64,000 bases of DNA from Dehalococcoidia bacterium (GCA_003597995.1 QZJY01000070.1:2081-66080); one strand, 5' to 3'. Positions 20,527 to 29,982 are shown, numbered from the stretch's first letter. Notes: generated by a model from the sequence alone, not told the origin. Numbers and translations are program-made.

Positions 20527-20588
20527 GGTCGTATGTTAGCATCTCCCCAACATCGGCGTACAGCCGGTGAAATTGGGAGGAGAACACA

Positions 20589-20735
20589 ATGTTAAACCGT
20601 TTATTCAGCGCCGCAATTCAGCACAGGAATACCCTTAAGCTGCTGCGCGTGGCCGCCGTCCTGGCCGTGCTTGCCGTCTCCCTGGCCGTTCCTTCTCTGG
20701 TAAGCGCTTCCGGGGCTGATGGATTTGGCCCGTAG
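20589..20735 (+). CDS. 48-aa secreted propeptide (signal peptide plus predicted 8-aa mature peptide); absent from ORF track
   Basis: GGGAGGAG RBS 6 nt before ATG; MLNRLFSAAIQHRNTLKLLRVAAVLAVLAVSLAVPSLVSA/SGADGFGP. Confidence 0.8.
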   Translation: MLNRLFSAAIQHRNTLKLLRVAAVLAVLAVSLAVPSLVSASGADGFGP

Positions 20736-20904
20736 TCTCCGTTGCACCTTCAGGGAGGGGCCTTTGCACTGTTTGCTTGAACAAGGCTCCTCTCTCCTGT
20801 GTGGAACTCCAAGCGAGAAAGTCAACAAACCGAATAGAACCATCTTGTTTGTACAAATATGCTCTTGATGATGGGAATGCTTTTGATTAACTGGCAACGG
20901 ATGG

Positions 20905-21186
20905 GTGGCGAACATGACAGAGCGCGTTAAGTATGAAGTATTCGTTATTTGCCCCGATTGCGGCTATCGCAAGCACTACTTCAAAGACCAGAAGCGTTTC
21001 GATACAAAGTGCTGGGGATGCGGACGGCCTTTCGGCGGAGAAGACCTGCCGATGACGGCGCGCAACTACGAAACCAAACGTAAAGACGAGAGGGTGGAGT
21101 GGCTGCGGCGCAACTTCGAAACGGCCGACCGGCATAACCTGGGAGCGGATATCGGGATGGTGGTTATCAGCCACGCACTGCCGTGA
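20905..21186 (+). CDS. Small zinc-ribbon protein
   Basis: CPDC...CWGC; start may be ATG 20914. Confidence 0.6.
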   Translation: MANMTERVKYEVFVICPDCGYRKHYFKDQKRFDTKCWGCGRPFGGEDLPMTARNYETKRKDERVEWLRRNFETADRHNLGADIGMVVISHALP

Positions 21187-21189
21187 CCC

Positions 21190-22944
21190 TCAGCACTCTT
21201 TTAGATATTTGACCACTAGCCCCGGGTCTATACGCATGGCCAGCGGCTGCCTGCGGCGGCTGCCGTCGCGGTAGATGGTGATACCCTTGAGCCCCAGTTC
21301 GTATGCCTGCATATAAATTGCGGCCACGTCCTGCGCGGTGGCGCTGTGAGGCAGATTGACCGTCTTGGAGACGGCGTTGTCCACGTTATGCTGGAAGGCA
21401 GCCTGCATGCGCACGTGCCAGTCGGCTTTTATCTCAGGCGCTGTGACGAAGAGGCGCTTCATCTCAGACGGGATGTTCTCCATGTCGTCCAGCCTGATTC
21501 CCTGCGCCAGTTTGCTCACCAGCTCGTCAGAGTAAAACCCGCGTTCTTTAGCCTCGCGGATGAAGTCCTGATTGACCTCCAGCAGGCTTTTGCCCTCCAT
21601 GATGCGCCGCATATAGACCAGCGCGAAAAGCGGCTCAATGCCATTGGAGCACCCGGCGATGAGGGATATGGTGCCGGTGGGGGCGATGGTGGTGCAGGAG
21701 GCGTTGCGCATAGTCGGACCGCCCGGCCGGTCGTAGACGCTGCCTTTGAAGGAGGGAAATACACCCCGCTCTTTCCCCAGCGCGGCTGAAGCGTTGTGGG
21801 CTTGTTTGTTGATGAATCCCATCACCTTTTCGGCCAGCGCCAGAGCGGCCTCGGAGTCGTAAGGGATGCCCAGTCGCACCAGCATGTCGGCGAAACCCAT
21901 CACGCCCAGGCCGATCTTGCGTGTCCTCAGAGTGGCGGCGGCTATCTGCGGGAGAGGATACGTATTGACGTCAATGACATCATTCAGGAACCTGACCGCG
22001 AGGCGGACAACCTCGTCCAGCTTCATATAATCTACTTCAGGTTTTTTCCCATCCTTGAGCATGCGCACCAGGTTGACCGAACCAAGATTGCAACTCTCAT
22101 AAGGGAGCAACATCTGCTCGCCGCAGCCGCTGACGCCCTCGATCTCGCCCAAGGCCGGCACCGGATTGCTCGCGTGAATGCGTTCAAGGAAAAGCATGCC
22201 AGGGTCGCCCGTTTTCCAGGTCTGGGCCACGATGTGCTCGAAAACGTCCCTGGCGTTGTGGGTGTCGACCGTCCTGCCAGTCGCGGGGTCGACGAGACGG
22301 TAGTTTTTGCCCGTCTTGACAGCCTCCATAAATTCCGATGTGACGCCGACAGAAAGATAGAAATTGGACAGTTCCCCAGAGCCGTTCTTGGCGCTAACGA
22401 AATCCAGGATGTCGGGGTGGTGCGCGTCCAGTATAGCGATGTTGCAGCCCTGCCGGATGCCGCCTTGTTTGACCGAGGCGGTGGTTGTGGAGAGGGGGGC
22501 GAGGAAAGACACCGGCCCGTCCTTATCTCCTTTTGCTCCAGAGCGGAGGCGCGAGAGATTGAACCCGGTGCCTCCCCCGCTCACTTGTACCAGTTTGGCC
22601 TCCTCAAGGCTCTTGTCGATTGAACGAAACGACTCCGACACAGGCAGCACGAAGCAGGAGGATAACTGCCCCGACAATCTCCCGGCATTGAGCAGAGTGG
22701 GTGAGTTGGGCAGAAACTCCAGGCGCGACATCAGGCCGTAGAAAGCATCTTCCCAGCGGGCTGTGTCGGCACCGCGGTCATATATCCGTTCTGCCTGAGC
22801 CACGGTAGCGGCCACACGCCTGAACATATCGGAGGGGCTTTCTATAACCCGGCCGTGGCCGTCATGTTTGAGGTAGCGTTTTTTAAGGATATAGAGCGCA
22901 TTCGGGGAGAGGTCTATAGTCCGGGTCGAGTTTGAGCTTTTCAT
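21190..22944 (-). CDS. nrdJ: Class II (B12) ribonucleotide reductase-like protein, variant active site
   Basis: FLPNSPTL, QLSSCFV, GGGTG, GCGE..SCNLGS, TIAPTGTIS, VSKTVN, KGITIYRDGSR. Confidence 0.85.
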   Translation of the reverse strand: MKSSNSTRTIDLSPNALYILKKRYLKHDGHGRVIESPSDMFRRVAATVAQAERIYDRGADTARWEDAFYGLMSRLEFLPNSPTLLNAGRLSGQLSSCFVLPVSESFRSIDKSLEEAKLVQVSGGGTGFNLSRLRSGAKGDKDGPVSFLAPLSTTTASVKQGGIRQGCNIAILDAHHPDILDFVSAKNGSGELSNFYLSVGVTSEFMEAVKTGKNYRLVDPATGRTVDTHNARDVFEHIVAQTWKTGDPGMLFLERIHASNPVPALGEIEGVSGCGEQMLLPYESCNLGSVNLVRMLKDGKKPEVDYMKLDEVVRLAVRFLNDVIDVNTYPLPQIAAATLRTRKIGLGVMGFADMLVRLGIPYDSEAALALAEKVMGFINKQAHNASAALGKERGVFPSFKGSVYDRPGGPTMRNASCTTIAPTGTISLIAGCSNGIEPLFALVYMRRIMEGKSLLEVNQDFIREAKERGFYSDELVSKLAQGIRLDDMENIPSEMKRLFVTAPEIKADWHVRMQAAFQHNVDNAVSKTVNLPHSATAQDVAAIYMQAYELGLKGITIYRDGSRRRQPLAMRIDPGLVVKYLKEC

Positions 22945-23687
22945 CAGAACAGCCGCAATGGTTTTTCGCCGGTGCGCTTCATATCGAGCGTCAGGCAGGA
23001 TATTTTGTCGAGGTGCTTGCGAGCGAGCACAGCCGCCTCTTCGACCTCGGCGGCGGTGGCGGCGCGCCAGGGGTTGTCCCCCACTGGAAAATAGGCGTCG
23101 ATGCGCAGCGTGATACCGCGGTCGATGCCGGCGATAAATCTGGCGACGCGCTCAACCTCGCCAGCGTCTATAAGGCCCGGGATGAGGACTGTCTCGGCCT
23201 GTATTTTTTTGCCGGAGCGGGCGATTTTGGTGAAGTTTTCCAAAATGCGGGCGTTGTCCTGCCCGGTGTACTCCCTGTGGAGCGCGGACGTGATGGCCTT
23301 GATGCTGAAGATGACCTCGTCCACGTCGGTCATATCGGCCAGCTTGAGGCCGTTGGTGAGCATGACGTTGTACGAGTGAAACTCCTGATGCAGGGCTTTA
23401 GCCAGCGCCGGCATATCCGGGTCGAGGGCCGCCTCGGTGCCCATGAAGATGGCGCGGTCCACCGCACGCCCCTTGAGCAGTCTCATTACCTCATCGAGCG
23501 ACAGAAATCTCGTAGGCGGCTTCTGGGGTGACTTGCCGGCAATAGAGGCGATAGGGTCGTCGAAGAGGCCGAAATCCAGCGTCTCGTAATCCGTATAGCA
23601 GGCGCGGCAGGCCAGCGTGCATTTCGCCCAGAAATGGATATCTACGGACTTGAACGAGGGTTCGTAAACGACGTGATAGACCTTCAT
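22944..23687 (-). CDS. Radical SAM protein, PflA/NrdG activase-like
   Basis: CTLACRAC, MGTEA (GGEP-like), TNG, ETVLIPG; TGATG overlap with nrdJ. Confidence 0.85.
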   Translation of the reverse strand: MKVYHVVYEPSFKSVDIHFWAKCTLACRACYTDYETLDFGLFDDPIASIAGKSPQKPPTRFLSLDEVMRLLKGRAVDRAIFMGTEAALDPDMPALAKALHQEFHSYNVMLTNGLKLADMTDVDEVIFSIKAITSALHREYTGQDNARILENFTKIARSGKKIQAETVLIPGLIDAGEVERVARFIAGIDRGITLRIDAYFPVGDNPWRAATAAEVEEAAVLARKHLDKISCLTLDMKRTGEKPLRLF

Positions 23688-23896
23688 AAGTTTTTAGCTG
23701 AAATGTTAGTTAGATGATACCTCAATCGTGGGTGTGGGTGCAAAAATCGGTCAAGAGATGGGCTCCTCGCAGGTATGAACATGGCGGTCGAAGGGCTTGG
23801 CTTGAAAATCCAGCGACGGGGTGCTCTGGATTCCGGCTTTTGCCGGAATGACATAATAATGAGGGCACGGCGCGCCGTGCCCCTACACATCAGGTC

Positions 23897-24772
23897 TCAG
23901 CGTGGCCAGAATCTCCTGATTTTCCGCTTAGCCTGGATGGCAGGTTCGGTGTCGTGCCCGTGCTGGCATTCCAGCACCGCCGGACGCTTCTGGTCCTTGC
24001 CGATGACGATGCCGAAGGTCTCCAGCAGCGTTTCCGAGTTGAGCACTTGCTGCGGCGGGCCGAAGGCCACCACGCGGCGCGCCAGCAACATCACCTGCTG
24101 GCACAGTGAGGCTTCTTCCTGTATGTCGTGCGTGGCTACCATGATGGAGGCGCCGCGGTGTAGTTCGTCGTTCATGGCCTGCAGGTAAAGGTCCCTTCCC
24201 CCCGCGTCCAGTCCGGCGGTGGGCTCGTCCATCACCAGCAGGTCGGCCCTGTGCGCCAGCACCTGCGCCAGGTAAACGCGCTGCTGCTGACCGCCTGAGA
24301 GCGAACGCAGCGGCGTGTCGGCCAGCTTTTCCACGCCCATGGTGCGCATGGCTGCCATGGCGATTTCGTAGTCTTCATCATCCATGTTGCCTACCAGCCC
24401 GTGCAGCGGGAAACGCCCCATGCTCACCACGTCCACGGCGCGCAAAGGCAGTATAAAACCGGCATTGTGGAACTGTCCCAGGTAGGCGATGCGCCGGGCG
24501 TTGCCTCCCGGCCGCCCGCCGAAAATAGAGAGCTCGCCGTTCAGCGGCGGGAGCAGCCCGACAGTCGTCTTGAGCAGAGTGGACTTGCCGCTGCCGTTAG
24601 TGCCGATGAGCGCCATGGCCTGTCCACGGGGCAGCGTGAAGCTGATGCCTTCGACAACAGCTTCGCCGGGATAACCGACCGTCAGTTTTGCCGCACGGAC
24701 GAAAACGGGCAATGCGGCGGACGTCGCGGCATCGGGCTGCGAGCCGAAACCGGTGCGGATGGGGTCAGTCAT
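23897..24772 (-). CDS. znuC: Zn/Mn ABC transporter ATPase
   Basis: GTNGSGKST, LSGGQQQRV, MDEP; start at MTDPIR overlaps the permease stop. Confidence 0.9.
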   Translation of the reverse strand: MTDPIRTGFGSQPDAATSAALPVFVRAAKLTVGYPGEAVVEGISFTLPRGQAMALIGTNGSGKSTLLKTTVGLLPPLNGELSIFGGRPGGNARRIAYLGQFHNAGFILPLRAVDVVSMGRFPLHGLVGNMDDEDYEIAMAAMRTMGVEKLADTPLRSLSGGQQQRVYLAQVLAHRADLLVMDEPTAGLDAGGRDLYLQAMNDELHRGASIMVATHDIQEEASLCQQVMLLARRVVAFGPPQQVLNSETLLETFGIVIGKDQKRPAVLECQHGHDTEPAIQAKRKIRRFWPR

Positions 24773-25613
24773 GGCGGCCCCCGTTGGCGGCGTGCTGATG
24801 GTTGCGCACGTTCTGGATGATGAAAACAATGAAGAAAATGACTGTTGTAACAAGTATGATGGAGGCGCCCGTCGCCAGGTTTAAGTGATAGCTGAGCAGC
24901 AGCCCGATATAGACAGACAGCGCGCCGAAAAATGTAGCCCACGCCATCATGCCGCGTATACGCCGCGCCAGAAGAGCTCCCGCTCCAGCCGGTGCGATGA
25001 GTAAACCGAATACCAATAACGTTCCTACCGTCTGGAAGGAGACGATGATGGTGGCGGCGATCATGAAGAGCATGACGTTGTGATACAGCCTGGATGAGAA
25101 ACCGGCCACCTGCGCCTGCTCGGGGTCGAAGCTGAGCAGCAGGAAGGGGCGGGCGCAGACGAAGGCGGTCACTCCGATAACTGCCGTGGCCGCTACCTGT
25201 ATCCATATCGAAGAGATGCCGATGCCCATTATCTCGCCGAAAAGGATGCGCGTCAGATCGCCGCTGAAGGAACTGGAGCGCGATACGATGACCACGCCCA
25301 ATGATAACATCCCGATAAACAGCAGCCCGATGGCGGTGTCGGACGAAAGGCGCGAGCGCTGGGTAATGAGGGTAACGCCGCCTATCATGAAGACGGCCCC
25401 CACTGCCGCGCCCAGAATACCCGGTAAGCCCAGCAGGAAGGCCAGGGCGATGCCGGGCAGCACGCCGTGCGCCAGCGCGTCGCCGATGAAGGCCATGCCG
25501 CGCAGTATTACGAAGGTGCCGGCCACGGCGCAGGCGATAGACACCAGTATGCCGGCTATGAGCGCCTGCGTCATGAAGGCGTTAGAGGTAAATGGAGTTA
25601 TAAAAATATCCAT
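24765..25613 (-). CDS. znuB: Zn/Mn ABC transporter permease
   Basis: GDALAHGVLPG, multiple TM segments. Confidence 0.92.
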   Translation of the reverse strand: MDIFITPFTSNAFMTQALIAGILVSIACAVAGTFVILRGMAFIGDALAHGVLPGIALAFLLGLPGILGAAVGAVFMIGGVTLITQRSRLSSDTAIGLLFIGMLSLGVVIVSRSSSFSGDLTRILFGEIMGIGISSIWIQVAATAVIGVTAFVCARPFLLLSFDPEQAQVAGFSSRLYHNVMLFMIAATIIVSFQTVGTLLVFGLLIAPAGAGALLARRIRGMMAWATFFGALSVYIGLLLSYHLNLATGASIILVTTVIFFIVFIIQNVRNHQHAANGGRHD

Positions 25614-25624
25614 ACTCTGCCTGA

Positions 25625-26545
25625 CTATTTTAATGCATTGACTATGGTTTCCGCCAGTTGTGTTTCAAAAGTAAAATACGAACCGTCGGAGGGCAGGATG
25701 TGAGTCGATAGCTCTACAACCCTGGCTCCGGTTTCACTGGCTATAGCCGAGGCCACGGCTCCCGACGTGCCCACTTCTGCGAAAATGACCTTGACATTAT
25801 TGTCCAGAATGAGCTGCTTGAGCGCCGCCAGGTCTCCCGCCGAAACATTGGCCTGCGAGCTCAGGCTGGGGACGAGTGCTCCCACCAGCTTGAAGCCGTA
25901 GCGCTGGGCGAAATAGCCCATCGACTCGTGACCCGTGACCAGCTTGCGGCTGTCCTGGGGCAGAGCGGCCACCTCGGCGGCTACCTGTGTGTTGAGGAGG
26001 TCGAGTTGTGTCTGGATGTCCAGAGAGCGGGCATCTACATTTATATCAAGGTTAGCCTTAAGGTACTCAGCAAGAGCAGCGACGATGTTTTTCATGGCGA
26101 GAGGGTCTGTCCACAGGTGCGGGTCGGGCGCGCCGATGGCCTGGTCGGGGTCGCCGGAAGGGATGCCTTCGCCGGGTCCCACGTGCCTGACGGTGATATA
26201 ATCCGAGGCAGTGAATAATCTGACTCCATTGGCTTTGGCCTGCGCCAGCGCCTTCTCCATGCCCCCTTCCAGCCCCAGCCCGTTCTGAACGATAAGGTCA
26301 GCCCGGTTTAGCTTTTCGATGTCTTTGGCCGAGGGTTCCCATTCGTGCGGGTCGAGGCCGTTGGGTATGGAAACGCTCACGCTGGCCGCATCGCCGACCA
26401 GCTCTTTTACGATAGAGCCGAGAATCGAGTAGGTAACGACGATGGCTTTTTTACCCGAAGTCGTGACGGGGCTATTGCAGGCGGCACTCCCGGCCAGCGC
26501 GGCAATCAGCAGGGAGACTGACAGGACCAGCGCCCCGGTTTTCAT
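25625..26545 (-). CDS. znuA: Zn/Mn ABC substrate-binding lipoprotein
   Basis: Lipobox SAAC, DPHEWEP, DPHLW, HESMGYF. Confidence 0.92.
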   Translation of the reverse strand: MKTGALVLSVSLLIAALAGSAACNSPVTTSGKKAIVVTYSILGSIVKELVGDAASVSVSIPNGLDPHEWEPSAKDIEKLNRADLIVQNGLGLEGGMEKALAQAKANGVRLFTASDYITVRHVGPGEGIPSGDPDQAIGAPDPHLWTDPLAMKNIVAALAEYLKANLDINVDARSLDIQTQLDLLNTQVAAEVAALPQDSRKLVTGHESMGYFAQRYGFKLVGALVPSLSSQANVSAGDLAALKQLILDNNVKVIFAEVGTSGAVASAIASETGARVVELSTHILPSDGSYFTFETQLAETIVNALK

Positions 26546-26985
26546 TTTGTTTCTCCCGGAGCGTTTGCCCTGCACTGGCGGCACAGCCCCATGAATTCGA
26601 GATGGTGGTCACTGATGGCGAAGCCTGTTTCGCTTGCCAGTTTTCTCTCCATCTCTCCCAGTCCGCAGGAGGACACATTAACCACCTTGTCGCATCCCGC
26701 GCACACCAGGTGGTGATGGTGTTCCTGAGGACGGCGGGCATAGCTCTGCGACCTGCCGCTGTAACCCATGCGGCAGATCAGGCCGCTCTCGGCCAGCAGC
26801 TTGAGCGTGCGGTAGACCGTCACCAGTCCGATGTCGGGATGTTGTTTCTGTAGACGTTCATAAAGCTGCTGAGGGGTGAACTGCGCCCGCATACCGTCGA
26901 CGGCCTCCAGGACGGAAAGACGCTGCGGCGTGGCTTTGCAGCCGCTGCCGTGCAGTTTGCGGCGTTTGAGTTCAATCGGTATCAT
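26542..26985 (-). CDS. zur: Fur-family regulator, probably Zur
   Basis: TPQRLSVL, TVYRTL, HHHHLVCAGC, GLCRQC; heads the znu operon. Confidence 0.85.
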   Translation of the reverse strand: MIPIELKRRKLHGSGCKATPQRLSVLEAVDGMRAQFTPQQLYERLQKQHPDIGLVTVYRTLKLLAESGLICRMGYSGRSQSYARRPQEHHHHLVCAGCDKVVNVSSCGLGEMERKLASETGFAISDHHLEFMGLCRQCRANAPGETK

Positions 26986-26994
26986 ATCTATAAA

Positions 26995-27009
26995 TGAAAA
27001 TCCTTTTCA
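26995..27009. promoter_or_regulatory. Zur/Fur box
   Basis: TGAAAA-TCC-TTTTCA inverted repeat 10 nt upstream of zur. Confidence 0.7.
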
Positions 27010-27225
27010 ACTGGATTATAAGACAAGCGCTGTTCGGAGTCAATGGGATATCAGCATCGGCAGGGTATAAAAACTATCGCTTTAAAACGCTCCTGAACTT
27101 GTTGACATTGTCCCTTACTATAGTCTATATTATCTCGCTAGTGTTGCCGAGGGGTTTACCACGGCTTGGTGTTCCGCCTGAGGCGACTTAAAATAAGGCA
27201 AAAGGAGAGCAAGGGGGTAGGTTTC

Positions 27226-28083
27226 ATGCTGAAAAAAACGTTACTGGTCCTGTTCGTGCTCCTGGCCGCCCTGGGAGTGGGCATCTATTTCTCATACACC
27301 TCACTCAAACTCATTCCCCTGTTCGACAACCGCAATGCTCAGTGGGGGCTGGTGGCCTCGGCGGTGGTCGGTGTGATTCTGGGGGTGGCCCGGGGACTTC
27401 TCAAGAAGAAGAACGCAATCAAGGGTGAGGTCGTTACACGCCATGGTGTGGGCTCTTTCATCTCGCACTGGGCTACCGGCTTCGGCATCTTCGCCCTGAT
27501 TTATTCGGGCGTCATGATGGGGTTCTTTATTATGAACGGCAAATCCATCTGGTTCATCCCGGTGTTTGCCACGACCCTTCAACAGGTCATCCCGGCGCTC
27601 AACGTACATTACTTCGCCGTGCTGATAACCCTCTTCGGCGGCTTCTTCTTCGGCGCCGACTATATCGCCACCCGAGATTGGATGCTGCTCATACCCAATA
27701 TGAAGGACCTCATCCAGGGCTTTATTGGCAAGTATTTCCTGCGCCGCAAGTGGGAGGCGGAAGACAAGTACATGTCCTCCCAGAAGGGCGCTTTCGTCCC
27801 CTTTGCTGCCATCGGTATAGTTATGCTCCTCAGCGGGGCCGTCAAGGCGGCCGCCCATGTCTGGCCTATCACCGCCAATATCTGGGGCTGGGCCACCGTC
27901 ATCCATGATGTCTTCATGGTCTTCACTATCCTTTACATCATTGTGCACGTCGGCATGGTGGTGGTGCTGGGCCACTGGCCGGCCTTTTTCTCCTGGTTCA
28001 CCGGCACTATGCCTAAAAAGACTGTCGAGCATCATCACCCCGTCTGGTATGACAAACTGACGGCGGGCACGAATAAGAGCTAG
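27226..28083 (+). CDS. Membrane cytochrome b (FdnI/HyaC-like)
   Basis: SHW, VHY, K..QK, IHD, VHV heme His pattern; WFTG...HHPVWY C-terminus. Confidence 0.8.
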   Translation: MLKKTLLVLFVLLAALGVGIYFSYTSLKLIPLFDNRNAQWGLVASAVVGVILGVARGLLKKKNAIKGEVVTRHGVGSFISHWATGFGIFALIYSGVMMGFFIMNGKSIWFIPVFATTLQQVIPALNVHYFAVLITLFGGFFFGADYIATRDWMLLIPNMKDLIQGFIGKYFLRRKWEAEDKYMSSQKGAFVPFAAIGIVMLLSGAVKAAAHVWPITANIWGWATVIHDVFMVFTILYIIVHVGMVVVLGHWPAFFSWFTGTMPKKTVEHHHPVWYDKLTAGTNKS

Positions 28084-28092
28084 GAGACAGAG

Positions 28093-28758
28093 ATGAATAA
28101 AAAGCTGCTTATTTTGTTAGCCATAGCGCTGGTGGTCATTCCGGTGGCTTCCGCTTGCGGCCGCACGGCTCCCACCGGCATTACGACCTTACCCGCGCCG
28201 AAAGTCCCTCATGTGGTCGATGTGCGCTTTGAAAACTGCAACGCCTGCCATGTGACGAACCAGTTGAGAGCTACCTTTCCTCTTCTGCATGCAGGTGAAC
28301 AAGTAGTGCTAGGCAAGACCGTATCAGTGTATTACACCAACAAGGACTGCATCAGCGCCGCCTGCCATGTCTTGCAGGCGGGTGTAACAATGCCTCCGCC
28401 GACCACCACCAAGACTACGACTACCACCGGCGGCACGGGTACGACTACCACCGGCGGCACGGGCACGACAGGCACGACCACGACTTCCAACCCCCCGGCC
28501 ACTCTTACGGATAAAGCTATCGCCATCACCACGCACAATGCCGCAGCTATGGCGGCTTACAAGACCCTTTGCCAGATGTGTCATGCCAAGGGACTGGCCA
28601 ACTCCAATCCTTATCCGCCGACCTGGGACGGCAAAGCCAGCGGCTCGACCCAGAATACCGGCGTGTACGAAATCGTTCCCGGGTCGCCGCAGGACCATAC
28701 GCCGTACACGATCGAACAGTGCACGCAGGCCGGCTGCCATGCTCCGCCCACATCCTAA
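28093..28758 (+). CDS. Tetraheme c-type cytochrome lipoprotein
   Basis: Lipobox ASAC; CNACH, CISAACH, CQMCH, CTQAGCH; Thr/Gly linker. Confidence 0.8.
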   Translation: MNKKLLILLAIALVVIPVASACGRTAPTGITTLPAPKVPHVVDVRFENCNACHVTNQLRATFPLLHAGEQVVLGKTVSVYYTNKDCISAACHVLQAGVTMPPPTTTKTTTTTGGTGTTTTGGTGTTGTTTTSNPPATLTDKAIAITTHNAAAMAAYKTLCQMCHAKGLANSNPYPPTWDGKASGSTQNTGVYEIVPGSPQDHTPYTIEQCTQAGCHAPPTS

Positions 28759-28887
28759 GTACTTAACACTAATCTCGTTTTTGAATGGGGGCGACGTCAG
28801 TCGCCCCCTTTGTTTTACGTCTTTTGACCAATAGCCGAGCCGGTGCTAGAATATTTCAACTTTAGTTGTAAAAAAGGAGCCAATGCC

Positions 28888-29370
28888 ATGAAAACCAGGT
28901 CTTTGCTGTTCATTATGGTCTCCCTGCTGACCGTGGTTCTTATCGTATCAGGCTGCGGCGGCAGCAAGACGACCGCGTCAACCAATCCTTCGACCGCCAC
29001 AACCAATCTTCCGACCACCACGAGCAATCCACCAACCACGTCGAATCCGTCAACTATCACGACAAATCCCAGCACCACTCCTCCGCCGTCCTCCTCTACA
29101 CCAACTGGGACTCTGTCTGAAACCGCGCCGGCCATTACGACGCACAGCGCCGTCGTGCTGACTGCTTACAAAGGGCTGTGCCTGACGATGTGTCACGGCC
29201 CGGGTTTGGCCAACTCGAGCCCTTTTCCGCCGACCTGGGACGGCAAGGCTGCCGGCTCCACGCTTAACCCGGGCGTATATACGGTAAAGTCGGGTTCCAA
29301 TGCCGACCACACCGGACGTACAGAGGAACAGTGCACAACCCAGGCCGGATGCCACGCGGCTCCCAAATAA
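28888..29370 (+). CDS. Diheme c-type cytochrome lipoprotein, paralogue of the preceding C-terminal domain
   Basis: Lipobox VSGC; CLTMCH, CTTQAGCH; shared PPTWDGKA.GST motif. Confidence 0.75.
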   Translation: MKTRSLLFIMVSLLTVVLIVSGCGGSKTTASTNPSTATTNLPTTTSNPPTTSNPSTITTNPSTTPPPSSSTPTGTLSETAPAITTHSAVVLTAYKGLCLTMCHGPGLANSSPFPPTWDGKAAGSTLNPGVYTVKSGSNADHTGRTEEQCTTQAGCHAAPK

Positions 29371-29571
29371 GTTCACTCGAGTTAATATTAAGGAGGGGCG
29401 ATTCATAATGCCCCTCCTTCTCTTTTTTCCCAGTAAGGGATGATGGTGTGGCAGGATGTAATCCAAGCCGACCGGAGAAGTCATAAATTGCTCAAAAAGG
29501 GCTTTATGTTATAATGGCATAAGTCGCTATTTCGCATCCCGTTCCCAAAAAGCTTCCCTTTGAGGTTCTGT

Positions 29572-29964
29572 ATGTTAAAAAACAAGAAGTTCATCATCGG
29601 CGGCATTGTCGTTCTGATAGCCGCTGTGGTGCTGGGATACGTCGGATTCATGGGCGTGGGGACCTATTACTATACGGTGGAGGAGTTCCTCAATAAGGAA
29701 ACGACACTGGCGGCTCAGACCGTTCGCGTGAGCGGTATCCTGGAGCCCGACGCTGCCAAGACGGGGCTCACCTGGAATTTCACCCTCAAGGACACATCGT
29801 CTGATGCCACGCTGGCGGTCACCTACAGCGGGGCGGTGCCGGATACGTTTAAGCCAGGCCAGCAAATAGTCGTAGAAGGTAAATACGATGCTGCCAGCGG
29901 CATCTTCAAGAGCACCAGCATAGTAGTCAAATGCGGTTCTAAATACGAGCCTGCCACGACGTAG
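29572..29964 (+). CDS. ccmE: Heme chaperone CcmE (CxxxY type)
   Basis: VTYSGAVPDTF, VVEG, KCGSKY. Confidence 0.9.
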   Translation: MLKNKKFIIGGIVVLIAAVVLGYVGFMGVGTYYYTVEEFLNKETTLAAQTVRVSGILEPDAAKTGLTWNFTLKDTSSDATLAVTYSGAVPDTFKPGQQIVVEGKYDAASGIFKSTSIVVKCGSKYEPATT

Positions 29965-29982
29965 GCGGAGAGGGAACGGGGC

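Noticed and set aside
23690..23890. Cobalamin riboswitch or NrdR box upstream of the rSAM-nrdJ pair
   Set aside because: No B12-box or NrdR consensus seen; the region holds REP hairpins and a plausible TTGCAC-18-TATCAT promoter
28400..29110. ACC/ACG-rich repeats
   Set aside because: Simply encode Thr/Gly/Pro linkers of the cytochrome lipoproteins
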